Shown piece by piece: positions 18,301 to 28,348 of a DNA stretch of 64,000 nucleotides. Numbering within the stretch: position 1 is the first letter of the stretch; the number at the start of each line of letters is the position of its first letter. Source of the stretch: Candidatus Nanoarchaeia archaeon (lineage in GTDB: Archaea; Nanobdellota; Nanobdellia; Woesearchaeales; GW2011-AR9); contig DATDTA010000145.1 of the NCBI GenBank assembly GCA_035291085.1, positions 193 to 64,192 on the forward strand, read 5' to 3'. The notes below the pieces were generated by a model that saw only the letters and a program-made list of their open reading frames with translations, searched no databases and had not been told where the DNA came from. A program made the position numbers and the translations under genes.

Positions 18301-20276
18301 TCAATCTCTTTTTGTAATCCACGTTCAAGCGAAACCGTTGGGAGATATCCTAACTCTTGTTGAGCTCTACTCACATCAAATCTGAAATTAACTTTCATCT
18401 TGGAACGTGGCTCAAACCGAATATTTACTTTTTCCCCGGATAGGGTAATAATTTTCTCTGCCAATTCCAAAATACTTACTTTTCGACCACTCGCTATGTT
18501 AAAAATACCTTCTTTCTTTTTTTCTAATGCGGCAATAACATACTCGGCGGCATCGGAGATGAATAGTACATCCCTAATGTCAGTTCCATCTCCATAGATC
18601 ACGGGATTTTCTCCTCGGAGAACGGCGCTAATAAAATTAGGTATGGCGCGCTCGATTTTCTCACCTGGCCCATAGATGTTCGTTAAGCGCAGAATTGTTA
18701 AAGCTAGTGCATTCCTTGCACTATATAACTGTAAGATATTTTCCGCCATCATCTTACTCATCCCATAATGTGATTTTGGATTAAGCGGATGATGCTCGAA
18801 CAGGGGCATCTCGGTAGGGCCATACACTTCACATGTGCTTAAATAAATGAAATGGGTATTCTTTGCTAGCGTCTCTACTAAGTTTATGGTAGCTACAAGA
18901 TTTCCATCCATACATCTCTTGAGATCATCCTCGGCAGCTTTTTTTGGGACATAGCCAGCACAGTGAATGACATGGGTAAACTGGGATAATGTCTTTGCCT
19001 GTGCAGCTACCTCTAATTTATTCGATAAATCACATACCATAAAAGGGGGAGAGTGTTGCTGTAAGAAGGCAGTGGCCTCTTCATTGCTGCCACGCAATAA
19101 TGCTGTTACGTCATACCCTCTTTCCTCCAGCGTTTTAAATAATTCTAATCCAATGTGTCCAGTTACACCCGTTACTAAAATTTTTTTCGATTGAGAATTG
19201 ATTCTCTGACGACGCAATTCCAAAGTAATCTCTGCTTCTTCAATTTTCTTGCTCGTTGTCAACACTGGAAGAAAGTCCATTCCTCGAATCCACACCAGAT
19301 CGGTGGGCAGGGGATTTATTCTCTTTTCAGGAGCAGTAACTGTTTCGCCAAATGCCATCTTTACAAAGAGGTAAGGCATATTCAATCCTGCCCGGGTAAA
19401 AAATTCGTGAGTAGTAAAGAAACGCCCGATATTTATCTCCGTTGGACAAGGAATGCCAGTATTGTCATAAGTTAAATCAACTGAAAAAATTCCATTTGGT
19501 TTCTTATCGATAGCAAAGACTGCTTTCATCGCGATATCATCTACGAGAGGATCACTCATCGTAACTCCCCCGCCGGTTGCACCAGTAACTCCTGACGGAG
19601 AAATCTTAGACAGCTCCCAGTACAATCGTTCCCGACCCTGAGCAACAACTAATTCCCCTTCATTCCAAATAGACATCCAGGTTACGGAGTTTGGTTCCAG
19701 GCATTCTGCCGCAGTATATTTCCCCCACCCCTCCTTAAAATCCAACCAAGATTTTGCTACTTTAAAGTCAGTTGCTGGTAATGAACCTCTGCCTCCAGCA
19801 CCGGTCGTATCACGCAACCAGATCTTATTCCCAAATTTTGCAAAAGCAAGTGTTAAATCATTTTCACCATTAATCAACATGGTCTTGGGTTGTTTAATCC
19901 CTGCTTCTTCCCATCTCTTATAAGATTCCAGTTTATTTAGACATATTCGCACCGTTTCTTTAGAAGGAAGAAAAAGCGCGATGGGAAGTTTCTCTCTGTT
20001 CTCAGAAATCGCTTCCATTTCCACATCATTTTGTATATGTAAAAATTCTGCTTTACTTTCCTTGATTATCTCAGATAGTACCTGAAAGTAATCGTGATCT
20101 AATGCTCCCGGAACCAGATGCCGTTCATCAGTTTCCGCTCGGTGGAGATAATACTTGCTTGAGTCTGTACCGATAATATAAAACTGTTCCGGAGCTGCTC
20201 TCAGGGAACGTATGAAATTTGCGGCAGGACTGCCTCCTGCCCCCGTAACCAATATTCTTTTCATTATACCTTGCAC
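18279..20276 (-). CDS. Fusion: ATP-grasp ligase domain (N-terminal, about 340 aa) joined to an NAD-dependent epimerase/dehydratase (extended SDR, C-terminal).
   Basis: The N-terminus RILVTGAGGSPAANFIRSL with an ATP-grasp-like central fold resembles PylC/carbamoyl-phosphate-synthase-type ligases found in sugar-modification loci. The C-terminus has KKILVTGVTGHIGLEL (Rossmann) and YGMSK (YxxxK). Confidence 0.65.
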   Translation of the reverse strand: MQGIMKRILVTGAGGSPAANFIRSLRAAPEQFYIIGTDSSKYYLHRAETDERHLVPGALDHDYFQVLSEIIKESKAEFLHIQNDVEMEAISENREKLPIALFLPSKETVRICLNKLESYKRWEEAGIKQPKTMLINGENDLTLAFAKFGNKIWLRDTTGAGGRGSLPATDFKVAKSWLDFKEGWGKYTAAECLEPNSVTWMSIWNEGELVVAQGRERLYWELSKISPSGVTGATGGGVTMSDPLVDDIAMKAVFAIDKKPNGIFSVDLTYDNTGIPCPTEINIGRFFTTHEFFTRAGLNMPYLFVKMAFGETVTAPEKRINPLPTDLVWIRGMDFLPVLTTSKKIEEAEITLELRRQRINSQSKKILVTGVTGHIGLELFKTLEERGYDVTALLRGSNEEATAFLQQHSPPFMVCDLSNKLEVAAQAKTLSQFTHVIHCAGYVPKKAAEDDLKRCMDGNLVATINLVETLAKNTHFIYLSTCEVYGPTEMPLFEHHPLNPKSHYGMSKMMAENILQLYSARNALALTILRLTNIYGPGEKIERAIPNFISAVLRGENPVIYGDGTDIRDVLFISDAAEYVIAALEKKKEGIFNIASGRKVSILELAEKIITLSGEKVNIRFEPRSKMKVNFRFDVSRAQQELGYLPTVSLERGLQKEIEWYNSKQ

Positions 20277-21346
20277 CTCTTTAGAATATCAACAATTTTA
20301 CTGCTGATAGCAGGATTCTGTAATTCCGTTTTCACAATCTTTCTCGATAATTGCTCCTCAGCAGCTTTTACTAAATCGCCAGTATTAGTTCCCACTAAAA
20401 ATGCCTTCCCTTGATCAATCAGCTCATGTAGTTCTGTTTTTTCCCGAGGAATAAGCGCAGGCACATTCAAAAAGGTCGCTTCTTCAAGCACCCCCCCAGA
20501 ATCTGTAATTACCACTGAACATTTTGACAACAAAGAAACAAACGCTGCATAACCTTGTGGTTCTAACACTTTTACCTTTGCTGAAAGCCGTATTTTATTT
20601 TCAGATAGAACTTTTTTTGTTCTGGGGTGAATGGGAAAAACTACGGAAGCTTTTTCAGATAAAATATTAAGTGCTTCAACGATATTCCGTAATCTGGCAG
20701 GATTATCAGTATTCTCAGCCCGATGAATTGTTACTAGAATATTCCCCTTACGTTCTGAAACTTCATCATCCGAAACTTCCACAAAAACATTTTTAGAAAC
20801 GTTGCTAAGAGTAATCGCCCGAAAACAAGCTTCTTCTACAATATTTCCTACATAAAAAATTTGTTCTTGTTTCAATCCTTCTTTTAGCAAATTATCTGTA
20901 CTTTCTGTATCGATGGTAAATAAGATATCAGCACAATGGTCAGCAACAATTCGGTTTATTTCTTCCGGCTGATATCTGTTTCTTGACCTGCATCCAGCTT
21001 CTAGATGAACAACTTTGCATCCTAATTTGCTTCCCACTACCGCAGCTGCCAGAGTAGAATTTGTATCTCCTAAGACTATCAGCAAATCAGGTTTTTCTTT
21101 CAACAATACTCTCTCCAGCTCTAACATGATTTTTCCGGTCTGCTCCCCATGCCTTCCAGAACCTACATTAAGATTATAATCCGGCTCACGAACCTGCAAC
21201 TCTTGAAAGAACATCTGGTCCATCTCCCAAGAATAATGCTGGCCGGTATGAACTAAGACCTGCTCAAATTCTGCATCAAGCAGAGGTATCAGTGGGGAAA
21301 GCTTAATAATCTCCGGTCTAGTTCCGAGAACAGTAACAACTTTCAT
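20264..21346 (-). CDS. UDP-N-acetylglucosamine 2-epimerase family (WecB/NeuC/LegG-like).
   Basis: MKVVTVLGTRPEIIKLSPLI is a hallmark N-terminus. Length is 360 aa. Confidence 0.85.
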   Translation of the reverse strand: MKVVTVLGTRPEIIKLSPLIPLLDAEFEQVLVHTGQHYSWEMDQMFFQELQVREPDYNLNVGSGRHGEQTGKIMLELERVLLKEKPDLLIVLGDTNSTLAAAVVGSKLGCKVVHLEAGCRSRNRYQPEEINRIVADHCADILFTIDTESTDNLLKEGLKQEQIFYVGNIVEEACFRAITLSNVSKNVFVEVSDDEVSERKGNILVTIHRAENTDNPARLRNIVEALNILSEKASVVFPIHPRTKKVLSENKIRLSAKVKVLEPQGYAAFVSLLSKCSVVITDSGGVLEEATFLNVPALIPREKTELHELIDQGKAFLVGTNTGDLVKAAEEQLSRKIVKTELQNPAISSKIVDILKRCKV

Positions 21347-22083
21347 AATTCTTTCCCAACCGTTTTGAAAACGACAATTCTTTTCATCAGATTGAGATGG
21401 CTTTTAATCGTGTTCAACAGCTTCATCTTAGAAACACCGAACTGTCGGACTCGCAAGGTGGCAGGAATCTCTTTAACTTTATATCCTTTCAGAACTGCTT
21501 TGATCAGAATTTCCGAAACATACAAAAAATTATTTGCTTCGCTGTGAACATTCTGCAAAACTTCTCTCTTATACACCCGCACCATTGCTCCATGAGTGTA
21601 GATTCCAGAATTCAGTAAATGCTTGTACATCATGGAAGAGCTCTTACTCAGGAAAATCCTCCAGGCCGGCACATTCTCCACTTTTCCCTGCGGATGATAC
21701 GGTGAGACAGTAACGATGTGAGTATCTTTATCAAGCAACCGCAACATCTCCGGCAGCAAAGAAAAAGGATAAGTACAATCACTGTCCCAGGTAGCGATGA
21801 GGCTTCCTTCGGCATGACTAAAACCAGTTTTCAAGGCCGCGCCTAAGTTCTGGTTCTTTTCATGCTTGATTATTTTAACTGCAGGATTACTTCCAAAGTG
21901 CTGATGAAGAAATTCATTTGTTTTATCAGTGCTTCCATCATCCACAAAAATAATTTCTGAGGCATATTTTGGCAGTAGGGAGGCTGTGACAGAAGCAAGC
22001 TGTTCTATCAGCTGCGGAATCCCCTCCTCCTCATTATAACAAGGGACTATAATAGAAAGGGTTTCTTTCTCTTTCAAAGCCAT
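21343..22083 (-). CDS. GT2-family glycosyltransferase.
   Basis: LSIIVPCYNEEEGIP, FVDDGSTDKT, WDSD. Confidence 0.75.
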   Translation of the reverse strand: MALKEKETLSIIVPCYNEEEGIPQLIEQLASVTASLLPKYASEIIFVDDGSTDKTNEFLHQHFGSNPAVKIIKHEKNQNLGAALKTGFSHAEGSLIATWDSDCTYPFSLLPEMLRLLDKDTHIVTVSPYHPQGKVENVPAWRIFLSKSSSMMYKHLLNSGIYTHGAMVRVYKREVLQNVHSEANNFLYVSEILIKAVLKGYKVKEIPATLRVRQFGVSKMKLLNTIKSHLNLMKRIVVFKTVGKEL

Positions 22084-22114
22084 AAATCTGCAAGAAATTT
22101 TTCCTTTAAAAGGT

Positions 22115-23110
22115 TTATGATACTATCTCTTTCTTTTTCTTCCAGAAAATCAGCAAGAGTGAACCTACTGCTACCAAAAGATAATACGCAACCATACGAT
22201 CGATAAGAATTGCGCTTTTAATTACCGGAGGATATGCTCCAGTCAACGAAGAAAGGATGTTGGCAGCAGAAAATTCCACTACTCCAATGCCTCCAGGAAT
22301 AGCTGAAAGAACTCCGATCAGCACCGAAGAACTGAGCACAAATCCTACTGCCATAAACGGCACAGAGACAGTTAAAAAATGTAATATGTACCACAGGCGT
22401 ATTATTTCCAAGATAATTGCCGCCACCGAAATAGCTGCAACAAGAATAAAACTTTTCTCATTAAAAGCAGTAAAGGAAGAGATTATTTGTTCGCACCATA
22501 ACGCTATTTTATCTCGGAAAGAAACTGGAAGAGGCAGCCGAGGTGCAGCTTTTTGCAACATTTTAAGAACCGACACCGGCGAAAGCAGCATCCCCGCAAT
22601 TAACAAGCATAATAACACCAGCAACATACGTATCTGTCCCTGGCCGGTCGCCCCATCAAGATGTACAAAAAATAATCCCAACACCAGAAAAATAAGAACA
22701 GAAAAAAGATCAAATAATCTCTCAATTAACATCAAGGGAAAAGACTTTGAGATTGGGATGTCAAAATCATGCTTTAAGAGGAGCGGCTTGCTCAGCTCGA
22801 TTCTACCGGGGATTAAACTGGCTGCAGCAACTCCCCCCAAGATGGATTTAAAAGAAAATAAAAAAGATATGTTCTCTCCAGAAGCCTTGGAAGTGAGAAA
22901 TTGCCAGCGATACGCCCGCAGGGAAATGCTCAAGATGGTTAACAAGAGAATAATAATTACTGAAGAAAATGTCAGCGAAGATAAGCTTTTTGAAATAGCT
23001 ACTAAATCTAGCGATTTTAAGAAAAAGATCAAGATAATCACGCCCAATAGAAACAGCAGATGTTTCAATCTGAACTTTTTCAGCAGCTCTTTCATAAGAT
23101 CAATGAACAA
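22115..23110 (-). CDS. Polytopic membrane protein; flippase-like (UPF0104 / lysyl-PG-synthase transmembrane-domain-like).
   Basis: Eight or more predicted hydrophobic helices, no catalytic motifs recognised, located between glycosyltransferase genes. Confidence 0.45.
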   Translation of the reverse strand: MFIDLMKELLKKFRLKHLLFLLGVIILIFFLKSLDLVAISKSLSSLTFSSVIIILLLTILSISLRAYRWQFLTSKASGENISFLFSFKSILGGVAAASLIPGRIELSKPLLLKHDFDIPISKSFPLMLIERLFDLFSVLIFLVLGLFFVHLDGATGQGQIRMLLVLLCLLIAGMLLSPVSVLKMLQKAAPRLPLPVSFRDKIALWCEQIISSFTAFNEKSFILVAAISVAAIILEIIRLWYILHFLTVSVPFMAVGFVLSSSVLIGVLSAIPGGIGVVEFSAANILSSLTGAYPPVIKSAILIDRMVAYYLLVAVGSLLLIFWKKKKEIVS

Positions 23111-23216
23111 AAGTAATTTATATAGTTTATGCTAAGGCTTGTGAAAAGGTTAGTGCCGCCTCAAAAAAGATTTCTAATCAATTACTTTTATAAAACAATT
23201 TTGAAGAAATCAATCT

Positions 23217-24689
23217 ATGAGAAAAAAGTTTGTGGTTCTACTAACAGTGATAATCCTGCTAGGACTACTGTTGCGCCTGTATGATCTAAATAAGGAAAGC
23301 ATCTGGGTAGACGAGGCGTATTCACTGCACTATGCCCTGCTGCCTTCTCCAAATGAAGTGATGGCTGGCACTGTTGAAACCGAAGGCGCTCCTCCTGGAT
23401 ATTACCTCTTACTTCATTATTGGATAAAGGCTTTTGGTTCTTCAGAATTTTCAGTGCGCTTTCCGTCTTTATTGGCAGGAGCCCTATCAATTGCCATTAT
23501 CTTCAAAATCGGAGAAGTCCTTTATGATCGTCGCACTGGTTTAATCGCAGCCCTTTTACTCTCCACATCTATGTTGCAGATATTATTTTCACAGGAAACC
23601 AGGCTTTATAGTATTTATGGCCTTCTAACGCTCTGCACTCTATACTTCTTTAGTAAAATCTACAACAAATCGCTGCGGCAGCTGCCAGCTTCGAACCAAG
23701 ATTACTTTTTCTACACCCTAAGCATGATTTTATCACTGTATCTTAATTTCGTTGCTGGAATTCTGATCGCTCTGTATACTTTTGCTGCTCTCTGGCACAA
23801 AAAACATTTTCCCTGGAAAAAATGGTTAGCGACCAACCTTGCTATAATCTTAATTGCTTTACCTTTGATTCCTTTATTTTTACAGCAATATATTACTGCA
23901 GATACGGGAATAGCTCCCGAGCTTATCCAAAAAGGAGTCCCAGTATTCCTAGCAAAATTAGGCGTTTTCTTTTACGCAGTGCCATTGATGGTAGTCCTTC
24001 TGGCAGCCGGAGCTATTTTCTTGTGTAAAAAAAGAATTACCGCTCTTGTTTCAAGACTACAAATTCCCGATTATTATTGGACTTTAATCATACTTACTTT
24101 TGCCATGATCTATCTTTATTTCTCGTTCTTTCCACTCTCTATTCTTGGTTTTGTCCTTTCACGCGCTCCGATAACCCATTCCTTTTTCCTGATACGGCAC
24201 TCTTATTTTTTAGTACCTATACTCTACCTCTACCTCGCCTACAAAATTTCAAACTTCAAAAGAACTAGGCTTACTGTGCTTTGTATCATAGCTTTAGTTA
24301 CTGTAAATTCTCTAGCCCTATCTGAATATTACCAAGAACCTACAAAAGCAGAATGGCAGGAGGCAGCACAGTTCATAGAAGAAAGAACTACTGGAACGAC
24401 TACTCTGTTACTTGATCGCGGCGGTCTAGGACCAGTGTTTCTCTCTGAATACTATTTCTTAAAACCGGAGATCATTAGATTAACCTGGACCGAAGGCCGG
24501 CGTGAAAACAAGATGCTGACGGAAGAAGCTTTGCTGCAAGTCCTACAAGACCAAGACGAATTTTGGCTGATATTATCAGGCAATTATCAACCAGACGAAT
24601 ATTACCGTAAACTTCTAGATAAAAACTACCAACGCGATATCTCTCAGGAATTTTATTTGATAAAAGTGTACCATTATACTAACAACTAG
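23217..24689 (+). CDS. GT-C fold glycosyltransferase (ArnT/PMT, GT39/GT83-like) using a polyprenyl-phosphate-sugar donor.
   Basis: N-terminal transmembrane helix, then a first-loop acidic motif RLYDLNKESIWVDEAYS. Multiple transmembrane helices and a C-terminal soluble domain. Confidence 0.65.
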   Translation: MRKKFVVLLTVIILLGLLLRLYDLNKESIWVDEAYSLHYALLPSPNEVMAGTVETEGAPPGYYLLLHYWIKAFGSSEFSVRFPSLLAGALSIAIIFKIGEVLYDRRTGLIAALLLSTSMLQILFSQETRLYSIYGLLTLCTLYFFSKIYNKSLRQLPASNQDYFFYTLSMILSLYLNFVAGILIALYTFAALWHKKHFPWKKWLATNLAIILIALPLIPLFLQQYITADTGIAPELIQKGVPVFLAKLGVFFYAVPLMVVLLAAGAIFLCKKRITALVSRLQIPDYYWTLIILTFAMIYLYFSFFPLSILGFVLSRAPITHSFFLIRHSYFLVPILYLYLAYKISNFKRTRLTVLCIIALVTVNSLALSEYYQEPTKAEWQEAAQFIEERTTGTTTLLLDRGGLGPVFLSEYYFLKPEIIRLTWTEGRRENKMLTEEALLQVLQDQDEFWLILSGNYQPDEYYRKLLDKNYQRDISQEFYLIKVYHYTNN

Positions 24690-24737
24690 CCCCAAAAAAC
24701 GGATATTTTTATATAATCCCACTGTTCCCAATCATAG

Positions 24738-26723
24738 ATGATCAGTATCATCACTATTATTCTCTTTTTTATCTACCTCTGGGGACTAGGCTTTACTGCT
24801 ACTTATTTTGTCAAGAAGCCAGAGCATTTCTGGGAACGGCAGTTTCTTAATCTAGGGATTGGTTTAGGATTATTTCCTATTCTTGCCATCGTGCTTAATT
24901 TTCTGCATATTCCCTTAGACTGGAAAGTCTTTTTGTTACTAAGCATAGCTTTCCCCATGTATAGAGTTGTAAAATCAATACAAGCAAAAACAAAACCAGA
25001 TTTTTCTGCTTTGCTAAAGTTTACCAAATCAGATCTTGCCATCTTGACAGTTTTAGTTATTGTTCTCGCATCCTTCTACATGTACGCTTCAGGAGCTTTT
25101 AATTATCCTTATCTTGAAGATGAAGATCCCTGGGGACATGCGGTGGGAGCAAAATATGTTTCAATAGAAAAAAATGCTTATGATCCCGTGCTTGAAGAGG
25201 AAAATAAAATTGACCAAACACTTTCATACATCGACCCGTATCCTCCCGCCTACGATATTGTAATGGGCATCCTGCATCAGACCTCCCACGATCTTAACTG
25301 GACCATTAAATTCTTTAACGCTTTAATCATCTCCTTAGGGTTTCTTTTCTTCTATTTGTTTGCCAAGGGATTTACTGATAATAGAAACAAAGCACTTTTA
25401 GCTACTTTTATTTTTGCCATTATTCCTGCCTACTTAAGCCACTTTATCTGGGCCCATTCTTTAGTCATCACTATCTTCTTTCCTTTACTCTACGCCTTTC
25501 AACAAATTAAAGAAGATAAAAAATGGATGTATATTGCTTTGCTGATCATAGCTAGCGTCTGGGTCAGTCAAAATATTGAACAGCCTTTAAAATTATCAAC
25601 GATGGTGTTGCTGTATTTAGTTGTAGTCTCTATTACCCATAGAAAATTTTTCACTCAAGGATTTATCGCCCTTGCGGGAGGAATTGCCCTCTCTTTTGCG
25701 TGGTGGGGAGTGATGATTTACAAATATACTCTCGGCGGTTTTATTGATTATTTCGGCGGTAATGTCGTGAATGAAGAAGGAGCGGCAGTATTAGTACAGG
25801 GACAAGAATTTGCTTCAACAGCCTCGCAAGGGGTGATAGGACATATCGTTTCCATTCTCAAAACGATCACTAATCCGGGAGGCTCAGCATCACGAGCATA
25901 TACCTTCAGCGATTTCTTTGTCGCCCAAGGAAATAATCAGATCAACAACCCCATCGGAATCGGGATAGTTGTATCATTGATTGTCCTTTTCGCGATAGGT
26001 TATATTCTATGGAAACACAAAGCAACCTTGGTGGAAGAGAAAAATGCCTGGCTTTGCATCTCCATACTTTGGTTGATCTTCACCTTCTGGGGTGTCAATG
26101 GCATGACCTTTCCCGTCTCCGTTGCCAAAGGCGCTTTCCGCGTATGGATGTTATTGGCTATCCCCACCGCCCTTATCGCTGCTGAAGGAGTATATTCTGC
26201 TGCTGCTCTCGCTAAAAAATTTAAAATCCCTGCGTTGGTGATCTTTTCTTTGCTTATCGTTGGAATGTTGTTCACCTCTGGATACCAAAAATACCAATTA
26301 AATACCGCAGTCTGGCCAACTTCCGGCTCGTTCAGTGGTGGGCATCCTGCCGAGCCCTTTGAGTATGGTTTGTGGTTTGAAAGTATTCCGCCGAACACGC
26401 CAGTTTTTCTTTACGCTCCCAGAGATAAAGTAGTCATTGGTTTTGGCGGTTATAGCTGCGACTGGTGTCAAGATTTGAAAGATTTCCGAGCAGACATACT
26501 GCATACCGATGCAAAGCAGCTGCATAGTTTTTTGAAAAGAGAAGGTTACCAATATGTAATTATCAATCCGCGCATGGATGCGAGGTATTTAGCGGGCCCT
26601 TTCGGAGAAAATGAAACCAACACATTATTGCCGCAGCGCTACAACGAAATTATCAATTCAGGATCATTATTTACTCCCGTCTATCAAAAAGATAATTTAT
26701 TTTTAGTGTTTAAAGTAAATTAA
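24738..26723 (+). CDS. Large polytopic membrane protein, probable GT-C-type glycosyltransferase with a C-terminal periplasmic/extracytoplasmic domain.
   Basis: 13 or more hydrophobic segments. First-loop acidic motif YLEDEDPWGH. C-terminal about 150 aa soluble region. No WWDYG, so not a canonical STT3/AglB. Confidence 0.45.
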   Translation: MISIITIILFFIYLWGLGFTATYFVKKPEHFWERQFLNLGIGLGLFPILAIVLNFLHIPLDWKVFLLLSIAFPMYRVVKSIQAKTKPDFSALLKFTKSDLAILTVLVIVLASFYMYASGAFNYPYLEDEDPWGHAVGAKYVSIEKNAYDPVLEEENKIDQTLSYIDPYPPAYDIVMGILHQTSHDLNWTIKFFNALIISLGFLFFYLFAKGFTDNRNKALLATFIFAIIPAYLSHFIWAHSLVITIFFPLLYAFQQIKEDKKWMYIALLIIASVWVSQNIEQPLKLSTMVLLYLVVVSITHRKFFTQGFIALAGGIALSFAWWGVMIYKYTLGGFIDYFGGNVVNEEGAAVLVQGQEFASTASQGVIGHIVSILKTITNPGGSASRAYTFSDFFVAQGNNQINNPIGIGIVVSLIVLFAIGYILWKHKATLVEEKNAWLCISILWLIFTFWGVNGMTFPVSVAKGAFRVWMLLAIPTALIAAEGVYSAAALAKKFKIPALVIFSLLIVGMLFTSGYQKYQLNTAVWPTSGSFSGGHPAEPFEYGLWFESIPPNTPVFLYAPRDKVVIGFGGYSCDWCQDLKDFRADILHTDAKQLHSFLKREGYQYVIINPRMDARYLAGPFGENETNTLLPQRYNEIINSGSLFTPVYQKDNLFLVFKVN

Positions 26724-26762
26724 GTAGATAGTTTTAAAAATAATTAGTTTTTCTTTCAAAAT

Positions 26763-27800
26763 ATGGATATTTTAGCAAAAGCAATTCTCGATAGCCAACA
26801 AATCGAAGCACGTAAAAGACTAGGCGTCAAGGGTATCGAACTGCTTCTTCTTGACAAAGATTTTCGTGATCTTGACAAAACTAAAGAAGCCTTGATTCGG
26901 ATTGCTCAGGAATGGGAGATTGTCGCTTTAGAAGCTCCGGACAGCACCAAAGAATACCGCCTTAACCCTTTTTCCGCCGATAGTAAAACAAGAGTATCAA
27001 GTAGAGATTTTTTATTGAGATATGTAGAACTAGCTAACTCCGTAAACAACATCACAAAAAATATTGCCTACGCACAATTCCAATATATATTTGATGGATT
27101 CGATGATAAGGGCAGACCAGTAGAAGTTGATAGAGAAAGGCAATTGGGGGAGATTAGAGAACATTATGAAAGCTTAAGACGAAATTCCCAAGTAGAATTA
27201 CAAATAGAAAATATTACTCAAATTAATCCTGCCTACGCCGACGGTAGTTTGTGCCACTGTTATACCACTACGCGGCCGAGCGATTTCCCAATCATTGGAA
27301 CACCTTTAGCTCTAGACGTAATACACTTAGCCCAAGTTCTGTATACATGGTTAAAAACGGAACCGACGGATGAAGACAAAAACATCGCGAGAGTAAAGAT
27401 TCCCGGGATGCCGCAGTTCGGGGGAGGAGTGTACATTCAAATGACTGATGAGGACAAAAAAACTGCTGAGAGAATTAAGAAAGAACAAAAAGAAACTAAC
27501 CTCAGAGAAACAATTACTTCAGAGTTGGTTAGAGTCATAAACTTTTACAAGCCGCTAATCGGCTCACTGCAATTTGCTAATGCTAGCGTCGGCTTTGGAG
27601 CTTTTCCTGGAGAAGATGGTGTTGCCAGCGACACTGGACTGATAGATTTAAAACGAGTTTTCCAAGAAGCAATAATTCCGGCTAATGTTCCTTACGTAAT
27701 TCCCGAATATAGAGAAACTGATTGGCTTAATCCCCTTAACCAACAAAATGCCATTGCTATGGTAAGGAGATTATCTGAAGAATATTCTAAAAGAGAGTAG
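26763..27800 (+). CDS. Hypothetical protein, no recognisable domain.
   Basis: Clean 345-aa ORF with coding-like composition. I recognise no motifs. Confidence 0.5.
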   Translation: MDILAKAILDSQQIEARKRLGVKGIELLLLDKDFRDLDKTKEALIRIAQEWEIVALEAPDSTKEYRLNPFSADSKTRVSSRDFLLRYVELANSVNNITKNIAYAQFQYIFDGFDDKGRPVEVDRERQLGEIREHYESLRRNSQVELQIENITQINPAYADGSLCHCYTTTRPSDFPIIGTPLALDVIHLAQVLYTWLKTEPTDEDKNIARVKIPGMPQFGGGVYIQMTDEDKKTAERIKKEQKETNLRETITSELVRVINFYKPLIGSLQFANASVGFGAFPGEDGVASDTGLIDLKRVFQEAIIPANVPYVIPEYRETDWLNPLNQQNAIAMVRRLSEEYSKRE

Positions 27801-27803
27801 AGC

Positions 27804-28091
27804 TTACTCAAACACACACTTATACTGATTATCAACTACTGCTAGATTTCCGCCTGCGCCCTCACAGCAATTGTTAATTTCCCGGAATTTGCTGCAAAAC
27901 GCTTCCCCGCGAGTTTCACATTTCTTCTGGATGCAGCGATTGTACCCTTCCTCGCCGACATTCTGTATCGCCATGACCGAGAAAACTATCATTAGCGCGA
28001 CTAACCCATACAGAGAAAAAAGCAATGTCTTCTGCGCAAGCGAAGAAGTATGTTTATCGTGCTTATCGTGTTTATCTTCAACCATGCTCAC
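27804..28091 (-). CDS. Small Cys-rich membrane-anchored protein with an N-terminal HDKHDKH repeat.
   Basis: MSMVEDKHDKHDKH..., one transmembrane helix (LYGLVALMIVFSVMAI), then eight Cys in about 45 aa. Confidence 0.35.
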   Translation of the reverse strand: MSMVEDKHDKHDKHTSSLAQKTLLFSLYGLVALMIVFSVMAIQNVGEEGYNRCIQKKCETRGEAFCSKFREINNCCEGAGGNLAVVDNQYKCVFE

Positions 28092-28348
28092 CAGAAGAAA
28101 GAACCACTATAAAAAGATATCATGATCAGAGCTTAACAAAATTTAAAAAGCATCTAAAGAGAACTTTGAAAAATAGAGATTTTGCTAATTTTTTACTTGT
28201 TTAACAGGCAAAATCTCGACCATTTCAAAGTCTCTAAGATAATTTTGAATAGTGCTCAATAAAGCAACGACTTTATTGGCACATAAATGAAGTAGTTTCT
28301 TCATTTATAGTTTTTCAAAATTCTCTAAAGTAAAAATGTGCTGGATTT

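Noticed and set aside
24738-26723. Calling the 661-aa membrane protein an oligosaccharyltransferase (STT3/AglB/PglB).
   Set aside because: No WWDYG motif or DK/MI motif was found. Only a generic first-loop acidic motif is present, so it is left as a GT-C-like protein of unknown specificity.
28200-28300. Short palindrome ATGAAG-TAGTTT-CTTCAT in the divergent region before the UDP-sugar dehydrogenase.
   Set aside because: It is only a 6-bp stem in an AT-rich promoter region and is not distinguishable from chance.
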